This document shows, piece by piece, positions 16,649 to 26,266 of a stretch of 64,000 nt of DNA. Every line of letters begins with the position of its first letter. Position 1 is the first letter of the stretch. Where the stretch lies: NCBI GenBank assembly GCA_002360555.1, contig DEQS01000105.1, positions 172,154 to 236,153 on the forward strand, in the 5' to 3' direction. The translations under genes and the position numbers were made by a program. The stretch is from Chloracidobacterium sp. UBA3360 (GTDB taxonomy: Bacteria; Acidobacteriota; Blastocatellia; Pyrinomonadales; Pyrinomonadaceae). Below the pieces are notes generated by a model that did no database searches, was not told the origin of the DNA, and saw only the letters and a list, made by a program, of their open reading frames with translations.

Positions 16649-18358
16649 TCAGCCCGTATTCAAAACCGTGCGAAACGCCATTTTTGCGAGTTTCCATGTG
16701 CGGTCCCAGTCGATCGAACCACCCTCGTCGCGGCCCATGATCTTATCGACAAAGATCTTTCGAAAATCCTTGCCCTCGCGGCGGAGCATAAATTCTTTGG
16801 CGTACGGCTTGGCCGTTTCAAAGAAATTAAATTCCGGATCGGTGACGATGCCGATGCCCTCAAGCGTCATCAGTGCCCGCATGATGTAGGTAAAATTTGA
16901 CGGCAGACGAAACGGATAATCGTACATCACGTCGGCGAGATCGTAGGTCAGTTCTTTGAAATTTACATCTTTCAATTTCAAATTGAAATGAAATTCAAAC
17001 ATTCGCTCGACGACCGGTTTGATCGAGTCGTGACTTGTGCCCGGTTTTAGGAAATCGAGTTCGATCAGGTCCTGCGCGATCCCACCGGGGTCTTTGTCAA
17101 CGACGTGGAAAAACGCGTCGATCATCTTTGCCTGCAGCAGCGGTGAGATGCGGCCGACCATACCAAAATCAAAGAACGCTAGCCGTCCATCTTCCATCAC
17201 CAGCAGATTGCCGGGATGCGGATCGGCGTGAAAAAACCCGTCCTCCAGCAACTGTTTGAGATACGTTTTGATCAGCAGACGATTGACCTTAGCCGGTGAG
17301 ATATTTCGCGCAGCCTGTCCCTCAAGGTCCGTGACCTTAGTGCCATGGATAAACTCCATCGTCAGCACTTTTTTGGTCGTTGCGTGCCAATGTATCGTCG
17401 GGACGTGGATATTTGACCAGGTCTTAAAACTCTCGCGAAACTGCTCGGCGTTGCGGCCCTCGGCGACGTAATCCATCTCCTCGTGGACTGTCACATCAAA
17501 CTCGCGAAGCATCCCCGGCCAATCGGCATTTTCGCTGAGCTGCGGAAAACGCTCGGCAAAATTTGCGACCTTTTTGAGGATGACGATGTCGCCTTTGATC
17601 GTGGCGTCGAGATTTGGCCGCTGGACCTTTACCGCGACCTCTTCGCCGGAGTGCAAACGGGCACGATAAACTTGTCCAAGCGAGGCGGCCGCGACCGGCT
17701 CGAGTTCAAACTCGGCGTAAACTTCGTTAATCTTTTTGCCCAGCTCATGCTCGATGATCGCAAAGGCAACGTCATTTGGAAATGGCGGCACCTGATCGAC
17801 GAGCGTTCCAAGTTCTTTTACAAACGGCAGTGGCAGCAGGTCGGCCCGTGTGCCCATCGATTGCCCGATCTTGATAAAGGTCGGCCCGAGCTTGATGAGT
17901 TTTTCTTTTAGCCAGACCGCCTGTTTCTCTTGGTTCGCCTCTTTATTGGTGGAATTGCCGATAAAAAACCGCCGCAATCCGAGCATAATGATATGAAAAA
18001 ACCATTGCTTTACGCCGTAAAGTTTTTCACCGTAAAACGCCGCCCGCGTCAGTTCGCGAGCCCGTTCAAGCCTGACCGCAAGTCGTTTTAGATGCTGTTT
18101 GTGATGAATGTCGTATTGGTCGAGATATAGATACAGCGATAGCATCGAGATAACGCGGGATATTCGAAACAAACGAAGATAACCGCGAATGCCAAAATAA
18201 CCGCTCTCGACCGACTCCTCGGCCTGTTGTAGCTCACGCTCCTCTGCGATCAGGTCTTCGTTCGAAGTGCGTTTTGCGATCTCCAAGCCATTTGTCGGCT
18301 GCAAAACTCCGCTTGCAGCAACCGTATCGACTCTTTCTTTTACCGCGATATCGTTCAT
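16649..18358 (-). CDS. ABC1/UbiB-family atypical kinase
   Basis: 569 aa. AAASLGQVYRARL..GEEVAVKVQRP, HADPHPGN and FDFG motifs of the ABC1 family. Confidence 0.9.
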   Translation of the reverse strand: MNDIAVKERVDTVAASGVLQPTNGLEIAKRTSNEDLIAEERELQQAEESVESGYFGIRGYLRLFRISRVISMLSLYLYLDQYDIHHKQHLKRLAVRLERARELTRAAFYGEKLYGVKQWFFHIIMLGLRRFFIGNSTNKEANQEKQAVWLKEKLIKLGPTFIKIGQSMGTRADLLPLPFVKELGTLVDQVPPFPNDVAFAIIEHELGKKINEVYAEFELEPVAAASLGQVYRARLHSGEEVAVKVQRPNLDATIKGDIVILKKVANFAERFPQLSENADWPGMLREFDVTVHEEMDYVAEGRNAEQFRESFKTWSNIHVPTIHWHATTKKVLTMEFIHGTKVTDLEGQAARNISPAKVNRLLIKTYLKQLLEDGFFHADPHPGNLLVMEDGRLAFFDFGMVGRISPLLQAKMIDAFFHVVDKDPGGIAQDLIELDFLKPGTSHDSIKPVVERMFEFHFNLKLKDVNFKELTYDLADVMYDYPFRLPSNFTYIMRALMTLEGIGIVTDPEFNFFETAKPYAKEFMLRREGKDFRKIFVDKIMGRDEGGSIDWDRTWKLAKMAFRTVLNTG

Positions 18359-18741
18359 TATTCTGATATTTCCTGGCCAAACTGCAGCATGTAGCCATTG
18401 TTGTCGTAAATCGCAAATTCACGCATCCCGTGGTCAAAGTTTTCGATGCCGTAACAGATCGTCGTTATGTCCTCTAATTTTTCCCACATCGCATCGACAT
18501 CTTCGGTGGTGAAATATAGCGAACCGGAAAAACTGATCTTTTCAGGAGCCGGATGCTCTGTGGGCGAATCAAATTTTAACGGCACGGTGAACATCAGCGA
18601 CACATCATCGAGCGAGAGCGATGCCCAGCCCCAATCGTGTTTGACCACATCCGGTGTAAACCCAAGCGTTTCCGTATAAAACGCGACGGTTTTATGTAGG
18701 TCTTCGGTCCAAAGCATCGGTCTCAATTCTGTTATCTTCAT
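18358..18741 (-). CDS. VOC (glyoxalase/bleomycin-resistance) family protein
   Basis: 127 aa with the beta-alpha-beta-beta-beta module pattern (LHKTVAFYTETLGF ... FAIYDNNGYMLQFGQ). Its stop overlaps the next start by 1 nt and its start overlaps the ribF stop (ATGA). Confidence 0.75.
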   Translation of the reverse strand: MKITELRPMLWTEDLHKTVAFYTETLGFTPDVVKHDWGWASLSLDDVSLMFTVPLKFDSPTEHPAPEKISFSGSLYFTTEDVDAMWEKLEDITTICYGIENFDHGMREFAIYDNNGYMLQFGQEISE

Positions 18742-19691
18742 AGTATTGCCAGCATGTTCTTTACGCCCTGATGGCGGAAATAGTTCCTTGCACGAGCACT
18801 GTCGCGTTCGATCTGAGCCTTAAGCTCGTCGATGCCGTTAAACTTTCGCTCGTCGCGGATGCGGTGCAAAAACCTGACGCGAAGCACGTCACCATACAGG
18901 TCGCCGTCGAAATCGAAGATAAAACTTTCGATCGAGGGCTCGGCATCGTTTTCAAATGTCGGACGGACGCCGATGTTGGTAATGCTTTTTCGCCAGGTGC
19001 CGTCGATGAGTGTCGCAGTCGCATAGACGCCGTAACGCGGGATGACGCGGTTGTGTGGTTTGAGATTTGCGGTCGGGAAACCGATTGTGTGGCCGCGTCG
19101 GTTGCCGCGGATAATGACGCCCTCGACGCCGTACGGGCGGCCAAGCATACGGCGAGCGAGATTTACGCTACCCTCGGCAAGCAGCTCGCGGATCTTTGAC
19201 GAGCTGACACGGCGCCCGCGAAGCTGCACTTCATCAACCTCGTCCGCGACGAAACCAAGTCTGCCGCTCACCTCACGCAGCATCTCGATATTGCCGCCGC
19301 GATCTTTGCCAAACGCAAAGCCTTTGCCAAGATAAACCTCTTTGGCATGGAGCCGGTCGCGGACAATATTTTCGAGAAATGCCTCGGCCTCACTGGCGGC
19401 AAAATCGAGTGTAAATGGGATTACGATCGCTTGCTGGATGCCGAGAACTTCGAAATTTGCTAGCCGCTGATCGAGCGTCTGCAACAACGGCGGGGCCGAG
19501 GCAGGATGTAAAACGGCTCGGGGATGCGGGTCAAATGTGATCGCCGTCGGCACGGCTCCGGCCAGTTTTGCCCGATCAACGACGGTTTGCATGATGCGTT
19601 GATGCCCAAGATGCAGCCCGTCAAAAACGCCGAGCGTCAGCACCGTCGGTTTTGAAATATTGGCATTTTCAGTCCCGTGAAATATTTTCAT
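18738..19691 (-). CDS. ribF: Bifunctional riboflavin kinase / FMN adenylyltransferase
   Basis: 317 aa. GVFDGLHLGHQ nucleotidyltransferase motif. The C-terminal kinase domain has GFPTANL and E.H..DF..DLYG. Confidence 0.93.
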   Translation of the reverse strand: MKIFHGTENANISKPTVLTLGVFDGLHLGHQRIMQTVVDRAKLAGAVPTAITFDPHPRAVLHPASAPPLLQTLDQRLANFEVLGIQQAIVIPFTLDFAASEAEAFLENIVRDRLHAKEVYLGKGFAFGKDRGGNIEMLREVSGRLGFVADEVDEVQLRGRRVSSSKIRELLAEGSVNLARRMLGRPYGVEGVIIRGNRRGHTIGFPTANLKPHNRVIPRYGVYATATLIDGTWRKSITNIGVRPTFENDAEPSIESFIFDFDGDLYGDVLRVRFLHRIRDERKFNGIDELKAQIERDSARARNYFRHQGVKNMLAIL

Positions 19692-19748
19692 CGTTACCTA
19701 AAATGGTATTTGAGCGCCGTGCAATAGGCAAACGGACGTATGGACGCA

Positions 19749-20327
19749 TTATTTGAGGGTCGCGAGCAATTTCTTGTACTCGGTGGCAGTCAGGATGCGG
19801 TAAGCCGGTTGCTCCGCTTTGTTGTATTTCTCGCTGTGATGCATGGCCGGATAATTTTTGGCTTTCATCTCGGCATCGAGTTTTGACCAGTCTTTGTAGT
19901 TCAAGGTGCCGTAGGTTTTCTTTTTTAGACGCTTGCCGAGTTCGCTCCAAGCCGCAATAAAGTTTGCACCGTCAGAGCGGTATTCGCGACTGCTGGCGAG
20001 AAATGCGTCGAGCAGATCATCGGGCTCACCGCCACGAATTTTGAACGGCCGCAGGTTCAATCTCCCGATCTCGCCGCCGCGACACAGAGGCTCCCAGACT
20101 GCGATGTCTTTGGCCGCAGTCCCCATGCTGCTCCATTCGTTATCAAGCCATTTGCGGGCCGATTCTGTGTCGGGAACGGCGTGTTCGCCGCCGCGGGTCG
20201 CTTGATAAGTCCATTTATATGCGTCCGCAATCCGCACGTTTTTGTCCGCCTTCCATTTTGGTAGGGCAAAATCGATGATAGCCGAGGGCAGACAGGAGAT
20301 TAGTAATGCGATTGCGAGCAGATTCAT
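19749..20327 (-). CDS. Hypothetical lipoprotein, translationally coupled to the acyltransferase
   Basis: 192 aa. N-terminus MNLLAIALLISC carries a lipobox-like LISC. No recognisable family. The start overlaps the upstream stop by 1 nt. Confidence 0.5.
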   Translation of the reverse strand: MNLLAIALLISCLPSAIIDFALPKWKADKNVRIADAYKWTYQATRGGEHAVPDTESARKWLDNEWSSMGTAAKDIAVWEPLCRGGEIGRLNLRPFKIRGGEPDDLLDAFLASSREYRSDGANFIAAWSELGKRLKKKTYGTLNYKDWSKLDAEMKAKNYPAMHHSEKYNKAEQPAYRILTATEYKKLLATLK

Positions 20328-21169
20328 TATTCTGATTTTAGTGTGTCCGTCGTACCGTGGGCAGCAAAAAACTCCGTCTCCATTTGCTCGATGACGGCAC
20401 CGATCTCTTTGACGGCCGTGATGCTTGCCAGTTTTTTGGACGTGCCGTCAACGCTCGGCTGGATCACTTTCATCCGCAGGTCAAAATGCGAGCCCTTTGG
20501 CGGATAATTTGAAAAACCGGTCTGCGAAGGGCTCCGCAGATATACACAAAGCACTCTCGCATTTTCGAGCGAGGTCAATATTTTGCCCGTGCCAAATCTC
20601 AAACGCCCGCTGTCAAAACGGCCGTCGCGGCTCCGTTGTCCCTCTGGAAAAATGAGCACGATATTGCCCTTGGCGAGCAGGTAGCGGCAAAGATTTAGCA
20701 CGGAATTTTTATGTGCGGGCGAGCCTTTGCGGTCGATAAAAATGCATTTTGTGAGGTATAGCACCGCGTGATAATGCATCTTTTTCTTAAAAAAATCACC
20801 CGCCGGGACATTCCATGTGAACGCCTTGTAATTTAACAGATACCAAAAATTTGACGCCAAAGCCCAGATGATCAGCGCCGAGTCGATAAACGTCAGATGG
20901 TTTGAGCAGATGACGAGCGGATAGCCTCCGCGTTCCTTTTCCTGCCAGATCTCTTTGAACTGCGCGCGGATCGCCGCCATGTCGTTGATGCGGTAGCCGC
21001 GAAAATATTTCATCAAAACTACTAGCAAACCGCCGACCGGTAGCAATAGCAAGCGGCACAGTGTTGACTGAAACCGCGTCTTTTCGATCTGCCAGGACGG
21101 CGGATCGTCGACACCGCCTGTGAGCTTTGCGGTCTTGATTATCTGGATCAGCTTTTCCGCCCTCATCAT
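20327..21169 (-). CDS. Lysophospholipid/glycerol-phosphate acyltransferase family (HX4D) membrane protein
   Basis: 280 aa. Block I NHLTFID (HX4D) and block III FPEGQRSRDG. There is an N-terminal hydrophobic segment. Confidence 0.8.
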   Translation of the reverse strand: MMRAEKLIQIIKTAKLTGGVDDPPSWQIEKTRFQSTLCRLLLLPVGGLLVVLMKYFRGYRINDMAAIRAQFKEIWQEKERGGYPLVICSNHLTFIDSALIIWALASNFWYLLNYKAFTWNVPAGDFFKKKMHYHAVLYLTKCIFIDRKGSPAHKNSVLNLCRYLLAKGNIVLIFPEGQRSRDGRFDSGRLRFGTGKILTSLENARVLCVYLRSPSQTGFSNYPPKGSHFDLRMKVIQPSVDGTSKKLASITAVKEIGAVIEQMETEFFAAHGTTDTLKSE

Positions 21170-21174
21170 TTTCT

Positions 21175-22947
21175 TTACCTCAGATTTTGATTACCGGCTC
21201 CAAAAACGTTCTGCGGGTCGAGACCGTGCTTGATCTCTTGCTTCCATTTCAGCGCAGTTTCGGACATTATGTCGGGCAAATATGATTCGCGAATCTTGCC
21301 GATTCCGTGGTGATGCGAGATCGAACCGCCGCAGCGGAGGATCTCTTCGCGAGCGATGTTTTCAAGCTCGAGATAGACCTCGGACGGATTTTCGACGCCT
21401 TTGTAATAAAAGCCAAAGTAAAAATAGATCGCGACACCTGTGCGATAGACCTGGGTGATCCTTGAGGTGACAAAAGGCTTTCCCGGCAGGCCGCGTTTTG
21501 TGTATTCATCACGCAAAACTTTTTTGACGTTGTCGCAGATCTTTAACGCATCGCTCCAAGAGCAAGACGTTTCGAACGACTCAGCGATGATGTAATAGTT
21601 CATCAAAAAATCGCGGATATAGGCGATGCTGTAGGTGAGCTGATAGCCGCGGCGGCCATTTTCGGCCCCGGCTTTCATACCGCCGTGTTTGGCGGCAATG
21701 CGATACACATCCTGCTGCTGACGCTCGACCTCTTTTTTCGTTCCCTCGAAAACAAGCGTGAGAGCGACCATTTTGTATGGTTCAAAGCCCTTTATTTTAG
21801 TAACGAAAAACTTTTGAGCCTTGCTCATCATGTCTGCCGCAGCGCTATTTGACGCGGGCTTTAGAGCTTGGCCAAATTGAAACTGCAGATTATCGACCAG
21901 CCGGACACTCGCCGGCGGTGTCGATGTGTGGGCAAGCTCGTGCATGAACGCGTAGCCATCCTCATAACTCGGGAAAAGAACGGAACCATATTCCTGAGCT
22001 TCTGGCTGCGGAAAGAGCTTGACGATTGCCGAAGTGACGATGCCGAGCGTGCCCTCCGAACCAAAGATCAGACGCCGAAGGTCTGGCCCGACCGATTCGC
22101 GTGGGGCGGCGGAGCTGCGCTCGAGTTTGCCGTCAGCCGTCGCGACGGTGATATCGACGACGATGTCCTCGATATTGCCGTACTTGTTCTTTTTCATGCC
22201 GCTCGCGTTGGTCGCGATCCAACCACCGAGCGTCGAAAACTCAACACTGTCAGGCTCATGACCCATCGAGACGCCAAATTTTGCAAGCTCAGACATGATG
22301 TGACGGCCCACGGCACCGGCTTCGATACAGGCCATCATATTTTCTTTGTCGATCCACTTGATGCGGTTCATTCGCCGCATATCGACCGAGACGATGACGC
22401 GTTTTTCGTCGTTGCGGCAGCGGAGGGCATCGGTGACATTTGTCCCGCCGCCAAATGGTAACAGGACGGCGTCATGCTCTTTTGCCGCCGCGATGAGCGA
22501 AGCGACTTGCTCCTCACTTTCGGGATAGACGACCATATCCGGGATGCGGCCGAGCTTTTTATGCTTGATCGCGAACATTTCCTCTTGCGTGTGGCCATGG
22601 CCGTGACGCAGACGATTTTCGCCGTCGGTGTCGATCTGTTTTTCGCCGAGAAATTGATGGATGGCATCGACGAATTTTGGGGACTCGACCGGAGCCGGAA
22701 TCTCGGTTGGATAGGCGTTCGTGTGTTGATCTTTTGCATCGAGGTCGATGGCTAGCGTTTCGCGAATCCACGGCAATAGACGCGGTAATTCTTTACCGCT
22801 TAGTTCATAGCGTGTGCCGGTGATCTCAACCGTATCACGATTGTTGATCGCAAAACTCGTGTCGCGAAACCCCCAGTTTTCCCAGCTCTCAGTTTCGTCA
22901 GCGCCGATGACGACCGGCTCAGGATAGATCAGATTATCTTTGTCCAT
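21175..22947 (-). CDS. FAD-linked oxidase of the alkyldihydroxyacetonephosphate synthase (AGPS) type
   Basis: 590 aa. The N-terminal WGFRDTSF...ITGTRYELSGKELPRLLPWI mirrors the AGPS-specific N-terminal region. The PCMH FAD-binding domain has VVYPESEEQV...LLPFGGGTNV. C-terminal SHHHGIGKIR is as in AGPS. Confidence 0.75.
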   Translation of the reverse strand: MDKDNLIYPEPVVIGADETESWENWGFRDTSFAINNRDTVEITGTRYELSGKELPRLLPWIRETLAIDLDAKDQHTNAYPTEIPAPVESPKFVDAIHQFLGEKQIDTDGENRLRHGHGHTQEEMFAIKHKKLGRIPDMVVYPESEEQVASLIAAAKEHDAVLLPFGGGTNVTDALRCRNDEKRVIVSVDMRRMNRIKWIDKENMMACIEAGAVGRHIMSELAKFGVSMGHEPDSVEFSTLGGWIATNASGMKKNKYGNIEDIVVDITVATADGKLERSSAAPRESVGPDLRRLIFGSEGTLGIVTSAIVKLFPQPEAQEYGSVLFPSYEDGYAFMHELAHTSTPPASVRLVDNLQFQFGQALKPASNSAAADMMSKAQKFFVTKIKGFEPYKMVALTLVFEGTKKEVERQQQDVYRIAAKHGGMKAGAENGRRGYQLTYSIAYIRDFLMNYYIIAESFETSCSWSDALKICDNVKKVLRDEYTKRGLPGKPFVTSRITQVYRTGVAIYFYFGFYYKGVENPSEVYLELENIAREEILRCGGSISHHHGIGKIRESYLPDIMSETALKWKQEIKHGLDPQNVFGAGNQNLR

Positions 22948-22995
22948 TAGAACAAAGCATAAATACTAGGCCCGGGAAATGCTTGAACGCTCCTG

Positions 22996-23820
22996 CTATC
23001 GCAGAAAAGATTTGATCGTACTTTCTTTGGTCAGCGCGGACGGGGCGATGCCGAGTAGAGAGCGGAATGTGCGGGCAAGATGCGCGGAATCAGAAAACCC
23101 GGCCTCGTGGGCAGTCTCGGTCAACGAACGCCCTTGGGCCAATAGATGCATCGCGTCACGCAGACGCAGCCAGAGCAAGTAACGGCGAACAGGAATCCGA
23201 ACATTTTCGGTAAAAAGGTGCGAAAAGCGGCTTTCGGAAAGCTCGACACCCGAAGCGATCTCCTGTACCGAAATGCCCTCTTCACGGCTTGACCTGATCC
23301 ACTCGATGCTCTGAGCAACGCGGCTGTCGATCGGCAGACTGTCGCCGCTACCAATGGCGCCAACCATTTGGTGACACACATTAGGCTCATCGCCCGCCCT
23401 CGTTTGGTCAAAGCTTGCAAAGATCGTACGGATCTTTTCGACCGCGCCTGAGTGAATTTTTGTAATGCCGTTCTGCGAAAATATCGGTGCCAGCGGCTGG
23501 GCAAGCGGCGTCTCGGGTGCAAGCAGGAACATCACGATCCGATTCTGCCGCCCGTCGATAGCGTGCGGCTGGCCGGGAGCGATGATCGCCGAATCATAGT
23601 CGATCCACTCATCGGCATCACCTGTCCGCAAGCTAAAATTGCCGTCGAGAGCGACGCAGACCTTGATCGCGGGTGATTCGTGCAGACTCGCGTCGGCTGC
23701 GTGGCCAAGAAAGATGGCCTGCTCATCCCAAACGAGCACCAGCCCGCGCCAGTTGGGGTCGTGTTCAGATATCACCGAGATATTTACCTTTCGCGAGATA
23801 ATTTTGGATGTAATCGGCAA
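22996..23820 (-). CDS. AraC-family transcriptional regulator with N-terminal cupin-like sensor
   Basis: 274 aa. The C-terminal double HTH ends AHEAGFSDSAHLARTFRSLLGIAPS. The annotated ATG overlaps the hldD-like 3' end by 56 nt. An in-frame GTG at 23775 would reduce the overlap to 11 nt, so the start is uncertain. Confidence 0.8.
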   Translation of the reverse strand: MPITSKIISRKVNISVISEHDPNWRGLVLVWDEQAIFLGHAADASLHESPAIKVCVALDGNFSLRTGDADEWIDYDSAIIAPGQPHAIDGRQNRIVMFLLAPETPLAQPLAPIFSQNGITKIHSGAVEKIRTIFASFDQTRAGDEPNVCHQMVGAIGSGDSLPIDSRVAQSIEWIRSSREEGISVQEIASGVELSESRFSHLFTENVRIPVRRYLLWLRLRDAMHLLAQGRSLTETAHEAGFSDSAHLARTFRSLLGIAPSALTKESTIKSFLR

Positions 23821-24751
23821 CCGCCGTGTCGAGCGGCGTGATATCAGCCGCGTACCCGGACTGTCTGATACGCGTAATGTCGCCCTGTGTGTGGTACTGA
23901 TATTTGTCGCGGAGAACCCTTGGCATTTCTATGTATTCAACATTGGTTGCGCGATCCAAAGCCTTAAAGATCGCATCGGCAAGAGCGTTCCACGAATTAG
24001 CCCTGCCCGAGCCAACATTGAACAAACCGCCAATATCGTTATTGAGAAAATGCAGCGTCATATCGACCGCATCTTTTACATAGACAAAATCGCGGCCAAA
24101 TTCGCCGTCAGCGTAATCGGGATGAGCGCTTTTGAAAAGCTGTAGCTTCCCCGTCTCTTGGATCTGGTCGTACGCCTTATTTACGAGAGAACGCATGTCG
24201 CCCTTGTGGTTCTCGTTCGGGCCAAAGACGTTGAAATATTTGAGCCCGACGATGTGATCGAACATACCGTGCGTTGCGGCATATTGGTCGAAAAGATGCT
24301 TTGACTCACCGTATAGATTGAGCGGTTTTAGATTATCGAGATCGTCCGTCCCGTCGGCCATTCCGGCGGAGCCGTCGCCGTACGTTGCCGCTGACGATGC
24401 GTAGATAAATCTGATGTCATTTGCGACGGCAAACTCCGCGAGGTCGAGCGTGTACTGATAATTATTCCGCCTCATCCACTCGCGGTCAGTAGCCGTAGTT
24501 GATGAGTCCGCTCCCATGTGGATGATCGCGTCAGTATGTTTGAAGTCGCCGAGCCGTCCGATAAACTCATCCGCATCAACAAACTCAGCGAATTTCAGCG
24601 GCGCCAGATTCTTTTCCTTGGCCGGATCATCACGCCGGTCAACGATAATTATGTCGTCATAGCCCAACTCATTGAGCCGCCACACGATCGCACTGCCGAT
24701 AAATCCGGCGCCGCCGGTTACGATGATCTTTTTCTGAGACATTACGGTCAA
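23765..24751 (-). CDS. hldD: ADP-L-glycero-D-manno-heptose-6-epimerase-like NAD-dependent epimerase
   Basis: 328 aa. IIVTGGAGFIGS Rossmann motif, catalytic YGESK, and length and C-terminal layout like HldD/RfaD. Confidence 0.78.
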   Translation of the reverse strand: MTVMSQKKIIVTGGAGFIGSAIVWRLNELGYDDIIIVDRRDDPAKEKNLAPLKFAEFVDADEFIGRLGDFKHTDAIIHMGADSSTTATDREWMRRNNYQYTLDLAEFAVANDIRFIYASSAATYGDGSAGMADGTDDLDNLKPLNLYGESKHLFDQYAATHGMFDHIVGLKYFNVFGPNENHKGDMRSLVNKAYDQIQETGKLQLFKSAHPDYADGEFGRDFVYVKDAVDMTLHFLNNDIGGLFNVGSGRANSWNALADAIFKALDRATNVEYIEMPRVLRDKYQYHTQGDITRIRQSGYAADITPLDTAVADYIQNYLAKGKYLGDI

Positions 24752-24766
24752 TGATACAACTTTGGG

Positions 24767-26266
24767 CTATGTTGGTGAATTATCAGCCGCGGCCGCGACG
24801 CGAAATTCCATCACGCCATCATCCAGACGGGCATATCGCAGCATCGAGAGGTCTTTGAAATAATTTTGGTGCAGCCGCCACGGGTGTTTGGAACCCTGAC
24901 TGGGCAACTCGTCGAGGACCTTAACAATATAGGTCGAGTTGAAATCAAGCACCGGCGTGCGTGTCACGGACGGGTCGTTGTCGCGAGCGACACAGACGGA
25001 AAAGCCGTGTTTGTTCATGTGCTTTAGCAGGCGACAGACATATTTGGACGTAAGATCGCACTTGAGCGTCCACGAAGCATTGGTATAGCCAAACGCCTGT
25101 GCGAGATTTGGCACGTCGTTATACATCATGCCCTTGTACGCCATCTTTGTTGACAGATCGACCGGTACTCCGTCAACGACGAGTTCAAGTCCCGACATGA
25201 TCTTGAGATTTAGGCCGGTTGCCGTAACGACAATATCGGCTTCTATTATTTCCCCATTTGCCAGCCGCACGCCGCTCTCGGTAAACGTCTCGATATTGCC
25301 CGTCACGACTGATGCCTTGCCGGCTTTCATCGATTCGAACAGATCGGCGTCCGGCACGACGCACACGCGTTGGTCCCAAGGGTTATATTTCGGATCGAAA
25401 TGATGTTCGAGATCCTGATTCCCAAGCTCTTTGCGGACACCCTTGGCGATCAATCGCCGCATAAAATCTGGGTATCTTTTTGACGCCTCGTAAAACAGAG
25501 CCTGGCGGATGATGTTTTTCCAACGTGATATTGCGTACGCAGCCTTTGAGGGAAGCACGCCCCGAAAGAAATTTGCGATCTTGTCCTGAGCTGCTTGCGA
25601 AACGATATACGACGGCGAACGCTGGAGCATCGTCACATGAGCGGCCTTGTCCGTCATTGCCGGAACCAGCGTAACAGCGGTCGCTCCGCTGCCAATGACG
25701 AGTACATTTTTATCCGTGTAGTCGAGGTTTTCAGGCCAAAATTGCGGATGGACCACCGTCCCCCTGTAATCACCAAAGCCCGGCCAGTCAGGCGTGAAAC
25801 CGCTCTCGTACTCATAGTAGCCGGTGCAGAGGTATATGAATTTGCAGGAAAAAATCCTAACTGCGGGCTCTGCGTCTTCGCGGCTTTGCGGGAAATCTTC
25901 GTTTGCTTCTACCTCGACAGTCCATTGCGAAGTTTCCGACGACCATTCCGCCCGTTTTACCTTATGGCCATAGCGGATCTCTTTTTCGAGGCCATATTCC
26001 CGGGCGGTTTCGCGGATGTAATTGAGGATCGAAGGGCCATCGGCGATCGCTTTCTGTTCTTTCCAAGGCCGAAAGCTGTAGCCGAGCGTGAACATATCCG
26101 AGTCCGAACGAATCCCCGGATAACGAAACAGGTCCCAAGTCCCGCCGCTACGCTCACGCCCCTCTAAAATTGCAAACGTCTTGTCCGGACATTCCGTCCG
26201 CAGATGTGCTCCCGCACCGATCCCAGACAATCCCGCACCGATAATTAAGACGTCAAAATGTTCCAT
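24767..26266 (-). CDS. Class B flavoprotein monooxygenase (Baeyer-Villiger/FMO type)
   Basis: 499 aa. FAD motif VLIIGAGLSGIG, the class B fingerprint YRGTVVHPQFWP ([FY]xGxxxHxxxWP), and a second Rossmann VLVIGSGATA. Confidence 0.85.
   Translation of the reverse strand: MEHFDVLIIGAGLSGIGAGAHLRTECPDKTFAILEGRERSGGTWDLFRYPGIRSDSDMFTLGYSFRPWKEQKAIADGPSILNYIRETAREYGLEKEIRYGHKVKRAEWSSETSQWTVEVEANEDFPQSREDAEPAVRIFSCKFIYLCTGYYEYESGFTPDWPGFGDYRGTVVHPQFWPENLDYTDKNVLVIGSGATAVTLVPAMTDKAAHVTMLQRSPSYIVSQAAQDKIANFFRGVLPSKAAYAISRWKNIIRQALFYEASKRYPDFMRRLIAKGVRKELGNQDLEHHFDPKYNPWDQRVCVVPDADLFESMKAGKASVVTGNIETFTESGVRLANGEIIEADIVVTATGLNLKIMSGLELVVDGVPVDLSTKMAYKGMMYNDVPNLAQAFGYTNASWTLKCDLTSKYVCRLLKHMNKHGFSVCVARDNDPSVTRTPVLDFNSTYIVKVLDELPSQGSKHPWRLHQNYFKDLSMLRYARLDDGVMEFRVAAAADNSPT

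Noticed and set aside
21868-22461. 197-aa plus-strand ORF.
   Set aside because: It is antisense to the AGPS-like FAD oxidase, and the oxidase frame carries the FAD-binding motifs.
25595-26167. 190-aa plus-strand ORF.
   Set aside because: It is antisense to the class B monooxygenase gene.
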